Positions 49,926 through 61,450 of a DNA stretch of 64,000 nucleotides are shown here, piece by piece (positions within the stretch are counted from its first letter, which is position 1; each line of letters begins with the position of its first letter). Origin of the DNA: Laetmonice hystrix (lineage: Eukaryota); contig OZ249438.1 of the NCBI GenBank assembly GCA_965235115.1, positions 8,990,001 to 9,054,000 of the forward strand. The letters are read 5' to 3'. The notes beneath the pieces were generated by a model. It was given only the letters and a program-made list of their open reading frames with translations, ran no database searches and was not told where the DNA came from. The translations under genes were made by a program, and so were the position numbers.

Positions 49926-50817
49926 CAATTTACATGGACGTCAAAACATTGATAGCTGACCCCACTGAGAATTTTCAAAAGTTGAGGTATTCAGCGGTGA
50001 GGTCAAACAAAAGTGTGTAGGCATATAAAAGCTCAATTTTTTCCCATTCTCCAATGAAAAGAAATTCGGATAAAGAGATAATAAAAACAAACAAACAAAA
50101 ATAGCCAGACATCGCTGCACCCGTGATTTACAGAAAATATTACAAGGCAGACAAAACGTGCATTGGGGGGTGACGTGATTATGTGTACGTCTGGTACCAA
50201 ATTGTAAGATGTCTTGACAAAGGCGCTCATGTTGGTACCCAGCTGGGTGATAAGGCAGCCTGCCCACCCAACCTGGCCCACCTTCAGAGACACACACACA
50301 CAATCTGGGGTCGATTGGTGCAGTCCTTCCATCTCGGCAGTTATTAGAAGCGCTCCCCTTGTACCGGCGATCTCTCCACACATCAGGGTGGCCCAGCCAT
50401 CATGGGTGCACTCACCGAGTGACCAGTCCCCAGTAAGATTAGGGAGGCTAGATTTAAAGGCGGCCAGTGTCTGGCAGGAATAAGGTCTGTACCTTGTAGG
50501 ATGTCATTAGGCGCCAGTATGTATGATGTCCGGCAGAATAATTGGCAAATGCATGTTACGGTTAGTTGTCAGGGCCCGGTGACTGACAGGATTAGGGAGG
50601 CCAGTCGGCGGTGTCTTGAAGGATTTGGGAAGGTGAGTACGTGTGAGGTTTAGGGACCAGTGTCTGGTAGGATAATAGGTCAATATCTGGCCGGATTAAG
50701 AGCCAGTGTGTGGCATGACTAGGCATCAGTGCCTGGCAGGATTAGGCATACGTTTCTGGTAGACTAGGTACCAGTTCCTTCCAGAAAGAGGCATCAGGTT
50801 CTGAGAGGTTCATAGAA

Positions 50818-51548
50818 ACCAGTCCCTACAGGATTAGTGGCCAGTCTCCTACAGGATTAGTGGCCAGTCTCCTACAGGATTAGAGACCATTCACGGTCAG
50901 GATTAAGGACCAGTTCCTACAGGATTAGGGACCAGTCTCGGGACAGGATTAGGGACCAGTCGCCTACAGGATTAGGGACCACAGTGCCTGACAGGATTAG
51001 GGACCAGTCGCCTACAGGATTAGGGACCACAGTGCCTGACGGGATTAGGGACTAGTCGCCTACAGGATTAGGGGCCAGTCTTCTACTAGAGGATTAGGGG
51101 CCAGTCCTCTACAGGATTAGGGACCAGTCTTCTACTAGAGGATTAGGGGCCAGTCCTCTACAGGATTATGGGCCAGTCTCGGGACAAGATTAGGGACCAG
51201 TCCCCTACTGGAGGATTAAGGGCCAGTCCTCTACAGGATTAGGTACCAGTCTCGGGACAAGATTAGGGACCAGTCCTCTACAGGAGTAGGGACCAGTCTT
51301 CTACTAGAGGATTAGGGGCCAGTCTTCTACAGGATTAGAGACCAGTCTCGGGACAAGATTAGGGACCAGTCCTCTACATGTTGGAGTAGGGACCAGTCTC
51401 GGGACAAGATTAGGGACCAGTCTCGGGACAAGATTAGGGACCAGTCCCCTACTGGAGGATTAGGGGCCAGTCCTCTACAGGATTAGGGACCAGTCTCGGG
51501 ACAAGATTAGGGACCAGTCCCCTACAGGTTTAATTTAGGGACCAGTTT
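50818..51548. repeat. 22-27-bp minisatellite (CAGGATTAGGGACCAGTC core), with degenerate copies back to ~50430
   Basis: About 30 variant units, nearly all containing GGATTA or AGATTA. Confidence 0.93.
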
Positions 51549-52371
51549 CTGACAGTGTAAGCACTCGGTGCCCGACAAGACAAGCGATCGGAGCCTGGCA
51601 GCGTGAGAGACCGCTACTCGACAACAGTAGAGACCAGTGCCTGACGAAATGAAGGACCACTGGCCGCAGATTGCGTGCTGGCATTTGTGAAGTACCGCCA
51701 CCTACGTTTTAAACGGCACATGCATGATTAAGCAGACAACGAAAATTGTAGTCGAATAGTTTTCAGCCAGTGCAGTCGTGTGTTTTTTATTACAGACCAT
51801 TCGGGCAAAGTAGGTACTTTTCCTGTGAGGGCTGAATTGGTAAAGTATTATAGTAAGCGGAGCATGTAGCGACGTGAATAGATTGGTAATAGGCCAAGTG
51901 TGAACATCTAAGCAGATATATCATAAAACGCCAGCCGCCCACCCCCACCTTCTCCAATTTTAGCGCCAGATTTGTGCAAGGTTGGATATCCGCTGCGGAG
52001 TCAAATTTCTGACTTGTCATATCAACTTAAATCTCATTGTCAGAGTTGAACTTTAAGAGTATTTAGAGGCCCTCACAGCGGGCAATGAGATATCTATTCC
52101 CTCCCCCCCCACCCCCATTTCTTAGTACCCCACCACCCCCCACCCCCCTTCCCAGCCCACCCCACCCCCGTGGTATTTATGTTTTATCGTCGCAAATTTG
52201 CAGCCACAGTATTTCATTTTAGGTGAAAATATCTGTATATATCTATGAATAGAAACCCGGCCTAGGCATTCGGTACATCAAAGTGACAATACCAAGGATA
52301 ATTTCTCTTCATGTTTGGCGTTTTGCCTTGTGCCCAGTGATCAACGCGAGCGGCACACACACCTTCAGGTT

Positions 52372-52858
52372 GGAGGTAGAGGTAACTGGGGAGGTGGTGG
52401 TAACTGGGGAGGTGGAGGTAACTGGGAAGGTGGAGGTAACTAAGGAGGTGGTGGTAACTGGGGAGGTGGTGGTATACTGGGGAGGTGGTGGTAACTGGGG
52501 AGGTGGTGGTAACTGGGGAGGTGGAGGTAACTGGGGAGGTGGTGGTAACTGGGGAGGTGGTGGTAACTGGGGAGGTGGAGGTAACTGGGGAGGTGGTGGT
52601 ATACTGGGGAGGTGGTGGTAACTGGGGAGGTGGAGGTAACTGGGGAGGTGGTGGTAACTGGGGAGGTGGAGGTAACTGGGGAGGTGGTGTTATACTGGGG
52701 AGGTGGAGGTAACTGGGGAGGTGGAGGTAACTGGGGAGGTGGAGGTAACTGGGGAGGTGGTGTTATACTGGGGAGGTGGAGGTAACTGGGGAGGTGGAGG
52801 TAACTGGGGAGGTGGAGGTAACTGGGGAGGTGGTGGTAACTGGGGAGGTGGTGGCAAC
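52372..52858. repeat. G-rich 18-bp minisatellite, ~27 copies
   Basis: ACTGGGGAGGTGG(T/A)GGTA unit with occasional TAT variants. Confidence 0.95.
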
Positions 52859-53533
52859 CAGGCAGGTCCGGGAAGGTGACGGCCGAGTCGTACCTGTTCT
52901 TACTGCTCAGGTCTAATTAGGCCATGTAGAGGATGCTCACCTCCTAATGAACTTATCAACCACCAGCTACGGCTGGGGGGAAAGACAAAGGTAGCGTGCT
53001 GTGGAGACATGACGGTATAAAGGGGAGAGGACATGGGCACACAGGGGTGCTTGTACGAGCTTCTAATGGCTTGCCCCCGATACACAAGTACAAACCTTTA
53101 TGAAGTCCAGGCTCGTGCGTTCAGACAGCTTTTGCACTCGCGCAGTCATCCTTTATAGCAACTATAGCTATGATTTGTGAAGCCTTTGTAATTAACCACC
53201 TTGTATTGTGGTCACGTAATAGGCCTTTGAAGCACTGTAGCCGCATACTAATGGCCTTTTTATTTTGTAATAACCAATTACATGTACCCTATTGTTACAT
53301 CAAAGCTGATGGCAAATAGATTTTGCGGATTCCTTCAGTGTGAATTTCCGCGACTCGTACAAATGCCGACAACGTATCTTGTCCTTCGTGCGGAAGTTTT
53401 CGAGTGAACAAACATTTAGGGTGCCGTTTCATATGTCCTATAGTATTTTCACTTTTCAGTGAACCTTAACATCTGTTTCTCCAAACATTCTTGATTGTAC
53501 AACAGTCTGAAAACGTTTGCGTTTCTGTTTCAG

Positions 53534-53584
53534 GAACAGATCTCATAAGTTGGATGATGCGGAACCTTGATGTCGAGGACCAAA
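53534..53584 (+). CDS. RGS7: RGS7-like coding exon 3 (DEP domain)
   Basis: (G)TDLISWMMRNLDVEDQ vs GSDIVQWLIKNLTIEDP; TTTCAG/GTGAG; 51 nt. Confidence 0.93.
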
Positions 53585-54926
53585 GTGAGTATATCCACAA
53601 TTTTAGATTCAGTATTCAGTGAGGCTTCGTTTATCCGAACACCTTCGTTTCCCTTTAAATGGGTTCGGATTGTGAAACACTGGATTACTGAATCATCTTA
53701 AATAGAGAATGGTAAAAGAGAGGTTATCTGAAAGTGTTCTGATGTCAGGTATACGGATTAAAGAAGCACGGATTACCGAGGCCTCAATGTCCCAACATGT
53801 AGAAGTCGCCACCAATCCTTTAACAAAAATGTGGTTAATAGTAAAAGGTGTCTTCGAAAAAATGTACGGACAATACGTGTATATATTTGTAATTTCTTTT
53901 TTGTTGTTGAATACGGTAAGAATGCACCAGAGGCGACAATTTTAATTATTTCACCAAAAGCAGTGAGATCATTTAGAAGTTAGAGCAGCATTTGTCGCAT
54001 GTCGTGTTTTCAGAACCCCCTACCCCTGGATCCGCTTGTCTAGTGTAATGTTACATTTACAGAACATTTAGTCTGTAAAGGAGGGAGCCCACGGGACCAT
54101 AATAATGAGGCTGAGGTACTGATCATCCACAGTAATGTCTCAGACAGTCCCCCGCCACCACCCCCCCCCCCCCCCCCACAACACAGAGAAAGTCGTGGGA
54201 AAGTCAAGTTGACCTTTGAGACAAATGTCAAACCCAACCTCCTTGTCCAGATGCTCAATTAAGACAGCCTCAAACCTATGGAGTTAGGAGATTACACTTG
54301 ACGGTGAGCGAGACAATTAATGCCATATTAACCAGCCTTTCGTCTAGGTGAATCTTAAATCATCACGTAATCAATTAGCAAATCTCCCTGATGGAGTGTC
54401 AGAAAATAAAACCAGTCTCGCCGGCCAGTCTGGGCAGCCCTTTGCCCAGTTTGACAGCGGACCCCTGGCTAAATCGCGAAACATTTATCATCCGAGCTTT
54501 GACAAATTTTAAGTTAGAGAAATTGCAAAAGCTATAATATGAAAAGGTAGAATGTGTAGAGCAGTCGCAGTACAAAGAAGGAGCCTTTTGAATGACAGTG
54601 TTGCATCTTGAAATGTTCATTCTCATTGTGTACCTAGGGTTTCTGGCAGGCCTATTTTGTGGCGACCCACTACCTCCCCAGTTGCTCAGTTGCTCATCCC
54701 AAAGGTTTTCTGGGGGGTTTTTCAGGTCCCCCTACCCACCCCAACTCCCCCAACAGGTGAAATTCTCATGGAACCAATTCCATACTGACTGTAAATGCTC
54801 TATAAACCATTTACAAGCTACCAATATAATCTAGAATGTGATAATTACAACTACTTCAGCTCATTAATGTGTGAACTACCTGCATAAATCATGGAAGAGT
54901 GCTGAGGTGTATTTTTTGTCTGACAG

Positions 54927-55033
54927 CGGAGGCCCTCCACCTGGCCCACCTGATGGCGGCCCACGGTTACCTGTTCCCCATCGACGACCACATACTCACT
55001 GTCAAGAACGACAACACGTATTACAGGTTCCAG
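54927..55033 (+). CDS. RGS7: RGS7-like coding exon 4 (DEP domain)
   Basis: [35 protein letters not shown] vs [40 protein letters not shown]/GTAAG; 107 nt. Confidence 0.96.
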
Positions 55034-56940
55034 GTAAGTCTGGTCACGGCACCAAAAGTGGCTCCACCTACATGTGATAACAGTGTACACATCCAGTGTG
55101 GAGTCACCTGCAAAAGGTGATCAAAGTAGGCATATCTGGTGGGGCTCCAACAGGAAGAACTTGAAGACTGTATTCTTTAGCTTAACATTGATCATTCCCA
55201 GTGAGGCACTTTCCAACACATGGTTTTATATGATGAGTCTGAAGGTCATTTTTGGTATTTCCATGTTCTTGATTTGCTCCCAGTGAAGCTGAACTCCATA
55301 TTGCGTACCTGAATCGAACCATTCACTTTTCTAGGTACTGCTTTCGATACTAAGAGAGTACCATGTTCCATGTACTAAAGAGATCCTCAATTGCCTCTCA
55401 AATAGGTTTAATATAGAATATTCTTGAGATAACCAAAGTTTGGCCATTCTGGTCCTTTAAAATTTATTAGGTTTTAGGTAATGTAAGTGATATATTTTGA
55501 CTGTTGTGTACCACTCGGTGATCTCATCAACAGTAAGCATTTTGCTGACATGCGATAGGTACCCGTACAGGGTTTGAGAAAGTCAGGGGCACAGGGGGCA
55601 TGACAGCCGCCTCCTACTGCCTCCTAGATGAGAGTACCCAACGCGTTATGCGGGTTGAAATGGTGCGCTGCGGAGTCGGCAGTATACAGAACTACAGAAG
55701 TAGGCACCATCAAAAATCTGTGTTTTCAAAGGTATAAAATAGGTAAAAGCTCCTAATAGCTCATATAATAGTCAGTTGGGACCCCAGTCTCAATGGCACA
55801 ACTGTTCATAGTCAGAACAAGGTAAAAATAAGGGCTAGGTAGTGGCAGCATGGCTGCTGATAACATGTATATAGCGGCCTATTACGGTCAATTATGGTAA
55901 AGGTCCTAACAACGATGGGGGCCCATAATTTGTTATGAATAGCTGGGTTCTGCCATTAGATGCTGAAAATGATTTGACTCTCAGGTTATGCAATGGTGAA
56001 GGGTGCTCTTTGAGAGTACAGGTACGTGCCGGTGTGCGCACCTAACTGTGTGCACCTACCCTGGTCCCATGTGCACTGTATGTGTACATTATAGGTGCGT
56101 GCCTGTTGTCTCATACCTGGTTCTCCAGCCTGTAAATGTATGTCTCCACACATGTTGCAAGAGACACCTGTACATAAAGAACATGGGTATAAGATCTCAG
56201 CATTCAGTAAGTGGAAGAAAGCATGAACAATAAATGGCAGAAAGAATCAAAGAGATGGAATGTGATCAAGGGACAGGAAGGCACAGGAGACAGACAGGAC
56301 AAGTGGAAGAAAACAAATGTTCCGGTATTCTTATAACAATTTTTTTTCTCATTGTCCCTCAGATCAGGTAAAATCGGAGACATGACAAACATGTTTTCTT
56401 TAATGATTCATGAAGCCATGCAGGCTGATTAGTACTGGCTGTGGACAAGGGGTGGCGGCGGTAGAGTGGGGGGTAATTAATTTTAATGAACCCTAGAATT
56501 CATTGATTAATTATTAACTATTTGTATAGAGGCGGCAACATGAGGGGCTCAGGCGGCCGTACACACCCTGTTAGTGTCTCAAACATGACAGTCCTCATAC
56601 AGATTTTTTTAGAAAGCATCAATGTTCTCCGCTCCGATTTCCTATCCCCCAACCCCTCACCGCAATCGCAGCCGCCAGTGTTTTGTACTCGACAAATAAA
56701 CCAATGTTTCTTGACGAGGTGTTACAGACCGTATCAGACTTCACAGCACCCCCAGACAGACCCTGCTCGGATCGTCTACTATTACTCTTGCCAGATGTAA
56801 ACGTCGTTCTTTGGTTATAGACTCTACAGTTACACAGGGAGTAACGGACAATATAGAGGCAGACTGCACTCCCAATACCAACGTGATTAGTGAGAAGTAA
56901 CTAGAGACTCGAAGATTCTGAACAAGGCTTCTGATTCAGG

Positions 56941-57845
56941 ATACACCCATATAACGGGCCGCAACTAACGGTGACTTGATACCCTGGATAACGGGCCGCA
57001 ACTAACGGTGACTTGATACCCTGGATAACGGGCCGCAACTAACGGTGACTTGATACCCTGGATAACGGGCCGCAACTAACGGTGACTTGATACCCTGGAT
57101 AACGGGCCGCAACTAACGGTGACTTGATACCCTGGATAACGGGCCGCAACTAACGGTGACTTGATAGCCTGGATACACCCATATAACGGGCCGCAACTAA
57201 CGGTGACTTGATACCCTGGATACACCCATATAACGGGCCGCAACTAACGGGGACTTGATACCCTGGATACACCCATATAACGGGCCGCAACTAACGGTGA
57301 CTTGATACCCTGGATACACCCATATAACGGGCCGCAACTAACGGTGACTTGATACCCTGGATAACGGGCCGCAACTAACGGTGACTTGATACCCTGGATA
57401 ACGGGCCGCAACTAACGGTGACTTGATACCCTGGATAACGGGCCGCAACTAACGGTGACTTGATAGCCTGGATACACCCATATAACGGGCCGCAACTAAC
57501 GGTGACTTGATACCCTGGATACACCCATATAACGGGCCGCAACTAACGGGGACTTGATACCCTGGATACACCCATATAACGGGCCGCAACTAACGGTGAC
57601 TTGATACCCTGGATACACCCATATAACGGGCCGCAACTAACGGGGACTTGATACCCTGGATAACGGGCCGCAACTAACGGTGACTTGATACCCTGGATAA
57701 CGGGCCGCAACTAACGGGGACTTGATACCCTGGATACACCCATATAACGGGCCGCAACTAACGGTGACTTGATACCCTGGATACGCCCATATAACGGGCC
57801 GCAACTAACGGGGACTTGATACCCTGGATACACCCATATAACAGG
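56941..57845. repeat. 37/47-bp minisatellite, ~21 copies plus partial
   Basis: ATAACGGGCCGCAACTAACGGTGACTTGATACCCTGG with optional ATACACCCAT insert. Confidence 0.96.
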
Positions 57846-58890
57846 GCTCCACTAATAGGCAACGGACTTGATACCCCTCAGATACCCTGCTGATAAGCAG
57901 AGGAATTCTTATATTTTTTAAGTTTTTGAAATTAATAGCGGATTGTTGAATGGCGGAAACTATCGTCAGCCTAAGATTCCAGCAAATGCAGATAAGTCAA
58001 GGGAGCGCTGTCCTGGAACGCCATCAAAATGTGTCAAATTTTACCCTTTTAAGCTACATATCACATGCGTTCACTATAGTTATGTCCAGTATCGTGGATA
58101 AAACAGGGGAAAAGTAGCAGCGTCGGTTACAATCGCGGCTCGATCCGCCATTTCGCAATGTGGAAAGTTAAAATGGACACTTTGATGGTCTCATTAGCCC
58201 TGTTGAAAGTAGTGCGTGTTGCGCAAAAATTAATTTGACACTTTACATAAATTTTATATTTTGAATTGTTCTGGAAAACCTAATGTATTCACACATTTTA
58301 CCCCCTTTAAGACGAAACTGCAGAACTATTCTATAACCGAAAGATATTGTACAGGTAAAAGGCCGTTGGATAGAGAGAGAAATTGCACCTGTACCTGTTA
58401 CCTGTTAATGAGTAATTAACAACTCATTACGGTCGGTATGTAACGCACTCGGGACATTGACATAACGGAATAGCAGCCAATAACCACCGCAAAGTGTCCA
58501 GTAATGACTGTAAAATGTTGTCTGAATGACATTATATTGTTGTTTTTTTGTGTGTTTTTTTTTGTTTGGGGGGGGGGGGGTAGAATCATTCTATACTAAA
58601 TGCTGTACCCTAGCTGCGTGCAGTGTTCCCAGTGGGGGAAGGGGGGGGGATTCGTTTAAAATTATGAGTGAAGGGCACGTACCCCCACCCCTTGTACAAA
58701 GGGGGCCACGGGGGCCCTCAAAAGTTATATCGAATTGAAAAACTTTAATCAATCAATGAATCAAATGTATGAAGTCTTAAAATAGCCTTTGGGAATCTTA
58801 AAGTCTCTTCCAGCTCTGCCGACAGACATCGTTTTATGGTTAGTTATAGGATTACCAATATAAGTCCAGTCAAATCTTTTTGCTCCCCAG

Positions 58891-58942
58891 ACGCCATTTT
58901 TCTGGCCCTCAAACTATTGGGAGCCGGAGAATTCGGACTATG
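58891..58942 (+). CDS. RGS7: RGS7-like coding exon 5a (DEP-DHEX junction, canonical form)
   Basis: TPFFWPSNYWEPENSDY vs RGS7 TPYFWPSNCWEPENTDY; CCCCAG/GTAAG; 52 nt. Confidence 0.95.
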
Positions 58943-59026
58943 GTAAGTTTCAAAAAGAAGGTCAGTGCATGCTTCCCTCCTCTGCAGGCCAAGTTAAATT
59001 TGTGTGCATTTTTTTGTTTGTTGTAG

Positions 59027-59078
59027 ACTCCGTGCTTTTGGCCTTCCAAGTCTGGCGACCCCGAAAATACTGACTATG
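59027..59078 (+). CDS. RGS7: RGS7-like coding exon 5b (tandem duplicate, mutually exclusive alternative)
   Basis: TPCFWPSKSGDPENTDY; T-rich tract + TAG acceptor, GTGAGT donor; same 52-nt length and phase (0 to 1) as 5a. Confidence 0.88.
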
Positions 59079-59680
59079 GTGAGTGGCCATGCTTTGTCTC
59101 CCTACATAGTTCCTGCGTTCAAGTATAGGAGGCGCTGGTGCGTTCAGATGACGGCGTGTCACTCGGTGCTTCAGTTTTGTTTACCTCCCAAAACCAGATC
59201 CCAGCACACTCCTGACACCTGGTGGTCCCATCCCACACCACTCTGCCTTCCCAGCATTCTACCTTCGGGTTGCTTTAAAAAAACCCATCAACGACATTAT
59301 ATAACTCGCAGCTGAAGAACAAATAGGGAACAAACCAACTTTTTATGTGTTTTACGTTTAGGTGTTTATTATTTATTTGAAACGTTGGTCGGAGCCCATG
59401 GCGTCTTCAGAATCTGTCTCCAAACGTGTGATTTCACATAACATACACGTGTTTTCACGTTCTCAACACATAGAACCGCCTATATACAGTTTGGAACGAA
59501 GCAATATGTTAACAACGGATATCTTTTCAAAATTACATTCATGTAAAGTTAAGACTACCGTCCAGGCAATGACGATTCACCCCAAGAGATTAGTAGCAAG
59601 TGCATTTGAGCCAGACCAGTAGACGCGCAGATGAGAACGAGGCAGAGCATGGTCACTTCACCCGCTGTGAGCACCATGTC

Positions 59681-59695
59681 GTGCCATCTAGTGGC
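59681..59695 (-). promoter_or_regulatory. CTCF consensus-like site
   Basis: Reverse strand reads GCCACTAGATGGCAC, matching the CTCF core CCACYAGRTGGCR. Confidence 0.45.
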
Positions 59696-60535
59696 AGACA
59701 GCGGTACCATTCTTCCCCCACCTTTCCTTCCTATGTTCGTGCATGTGAATATATTGTGTTTGTATAGATCCGGCATGGCTATGAAAAGGTTCCCCTTTTG
59801 ATGTTAGCAGGAACTGGACAGGAGGTCCGAAGCCCTAGTGGTAGATCAAGAAATTATTTGTTTGAAATCAGTTCATTTTGAGCACTTTGAAAACGAATCT
59901 GTGTTGTGAAACCGCAGCAAAAATTGAGGTATTTTACTTTGTAAGGTATCGTACTAACTGTATAAATTGGTCGTTTACAAGATATATGTTGATTCTATGT
60001 CCAAATTAAGCTATTTTTGTTTAAATTTGTCTCCAAATAGTTTCCGCTAGGTTCTGTCTGTATAGAAGGTAATAGTGTACTCTGCATGCTGCACTAGAAG
60101 ACTATCATCTACGGCTCACTTATCCTAGAGACAAATGAATGTGAACACCTTCAGGCCTTTCCTTTTGACGTTTCTTTCCTATGGGAAATGCTCAATTTGA
60201 AGAACTTTATTATAGGAAAGATAGTGCAGCACTGTTCCATCTTGATACCTCTGGCTGAGGTCAGGATTGACTATGGGGTCTAACTCGAACCTACTCTCGC
60301 TGAGTACTCTAAGTACGTACTTCCGAGCAGAATTCTACTCATGCCTCCTATGGTTGAATACTATAAGGACTATAATAAACGTTTCCTCGACTTTTATTCC
60401 AATCTGTAGCAGACCAGTCTCCCTTGACGTGTGGTGTCCAGTAGTTTGCTCTGTTGGTTTGTTGATCTGGTTTGGTTTGCGGAGTAAAATCGTCACTAAT
60501 TCATGTTGTGTAGGACTGTTGTGCTCTCTTCACAG

Positions 60536-60677
60536 CTGTGTATTTATGCAAACGGACGATGCAAAATAAGCAGAGGTTGGAGTTGGCCGACTATGAAGCC
60601 GAGAACCTGGCGCGCCTTCAAAAGATGTTCTCACGCAAGTGGGAATTCATCTTCATGCAGGCCGAGGCCCAAGCCAA
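60536..60677 (+). CDS. RGS7: RGS7-like coding exon 6 (DHEX); gene continues beyond the window
   Basis: (A)[46 protein letters not shown](K) matches RGS7/EGL-10; CACAG/GTGAG; 142 nt. Confidence 0.96.
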
Positions 60678-61291
60678 GTGAGTATTTCTGCTTCTCATCA
60701 ACAAAGGCAGTCAAACTTTGTCTTTTCTCTATAGTAGGATTGTTAATTTCTATTCATTTCTTATATATCTATGCATGTTACAAGAACGTCTTAAGTTTGC
60801 ATGATACTCAAGCTGTAAAACGCGAAGAAAACTCGGCAGTTTTATATCCAAAGATCTATGAATCATGTCTGTTATACTATTTATTTTATTTCTATTTTAC
60901 CATAATGGAGGTTTTCCTAATGCATAGGCCTACATGTAGAAAGAGGTATTGCTCAGTTCACATTAGCGCTGGATTGGGAACCTTCATTTTGTGTGTGTTA
61001 TTTTCGCGATCAATCATAAGTCTTATATGTACATGACTTGTTTACATAATAGGACAAAAGGTTATACATTACCGTGGGAATTCAGTCTCACGGCAGACCG
61101 TTGTCCGGTGTCGTGCTGACACCTAGCGGCAAAAGCATGTACTAGACCTTCAGACAAATCCCGGCTTGTATTATATGTCTTGCTGCACGCTTTAGCTTTT
61201 TCTACACTGCATGTGGTTTGGTATTTCTGTTTTTATATAAGATCTTCTTGTTTTGCCCCGAGTATGCAATGATGGGGCTTGTTTTGTTTCT

Positions 61292-61450
61292 TACGGAAGC
61301 CCGTTAGTGCCATAATGTTGATATATTTTATCTGGCGGCCGCAACATAATTATCTGGCGGCCGCCATATAATAACTGGCGGCCGCGATTTATTATGTGGT
61401 GGCCAAATAATAATCATATTTTCACATTGTGCCATCAACGGGCTTCCGTA
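61292..61450. mobile_element. Small MITE with TA-flanked TIRs and internal NotI-site repeats
   Basis: TACGGAAGCCCGTT / AACGGGCTTCCGTA with further imperfect inverted similarity; internal TGGCGGCCGC x3. Confidence 0.75.

Noticed and set aside
52283-52712. Gly-rich or Val-rich protein ORFs (NWGGGG / VTGEVV repeats)
   Set aside because: By-product of an 18-bp minisatellite being a multiple of 3; the frames shift, with no ATG start or splice support
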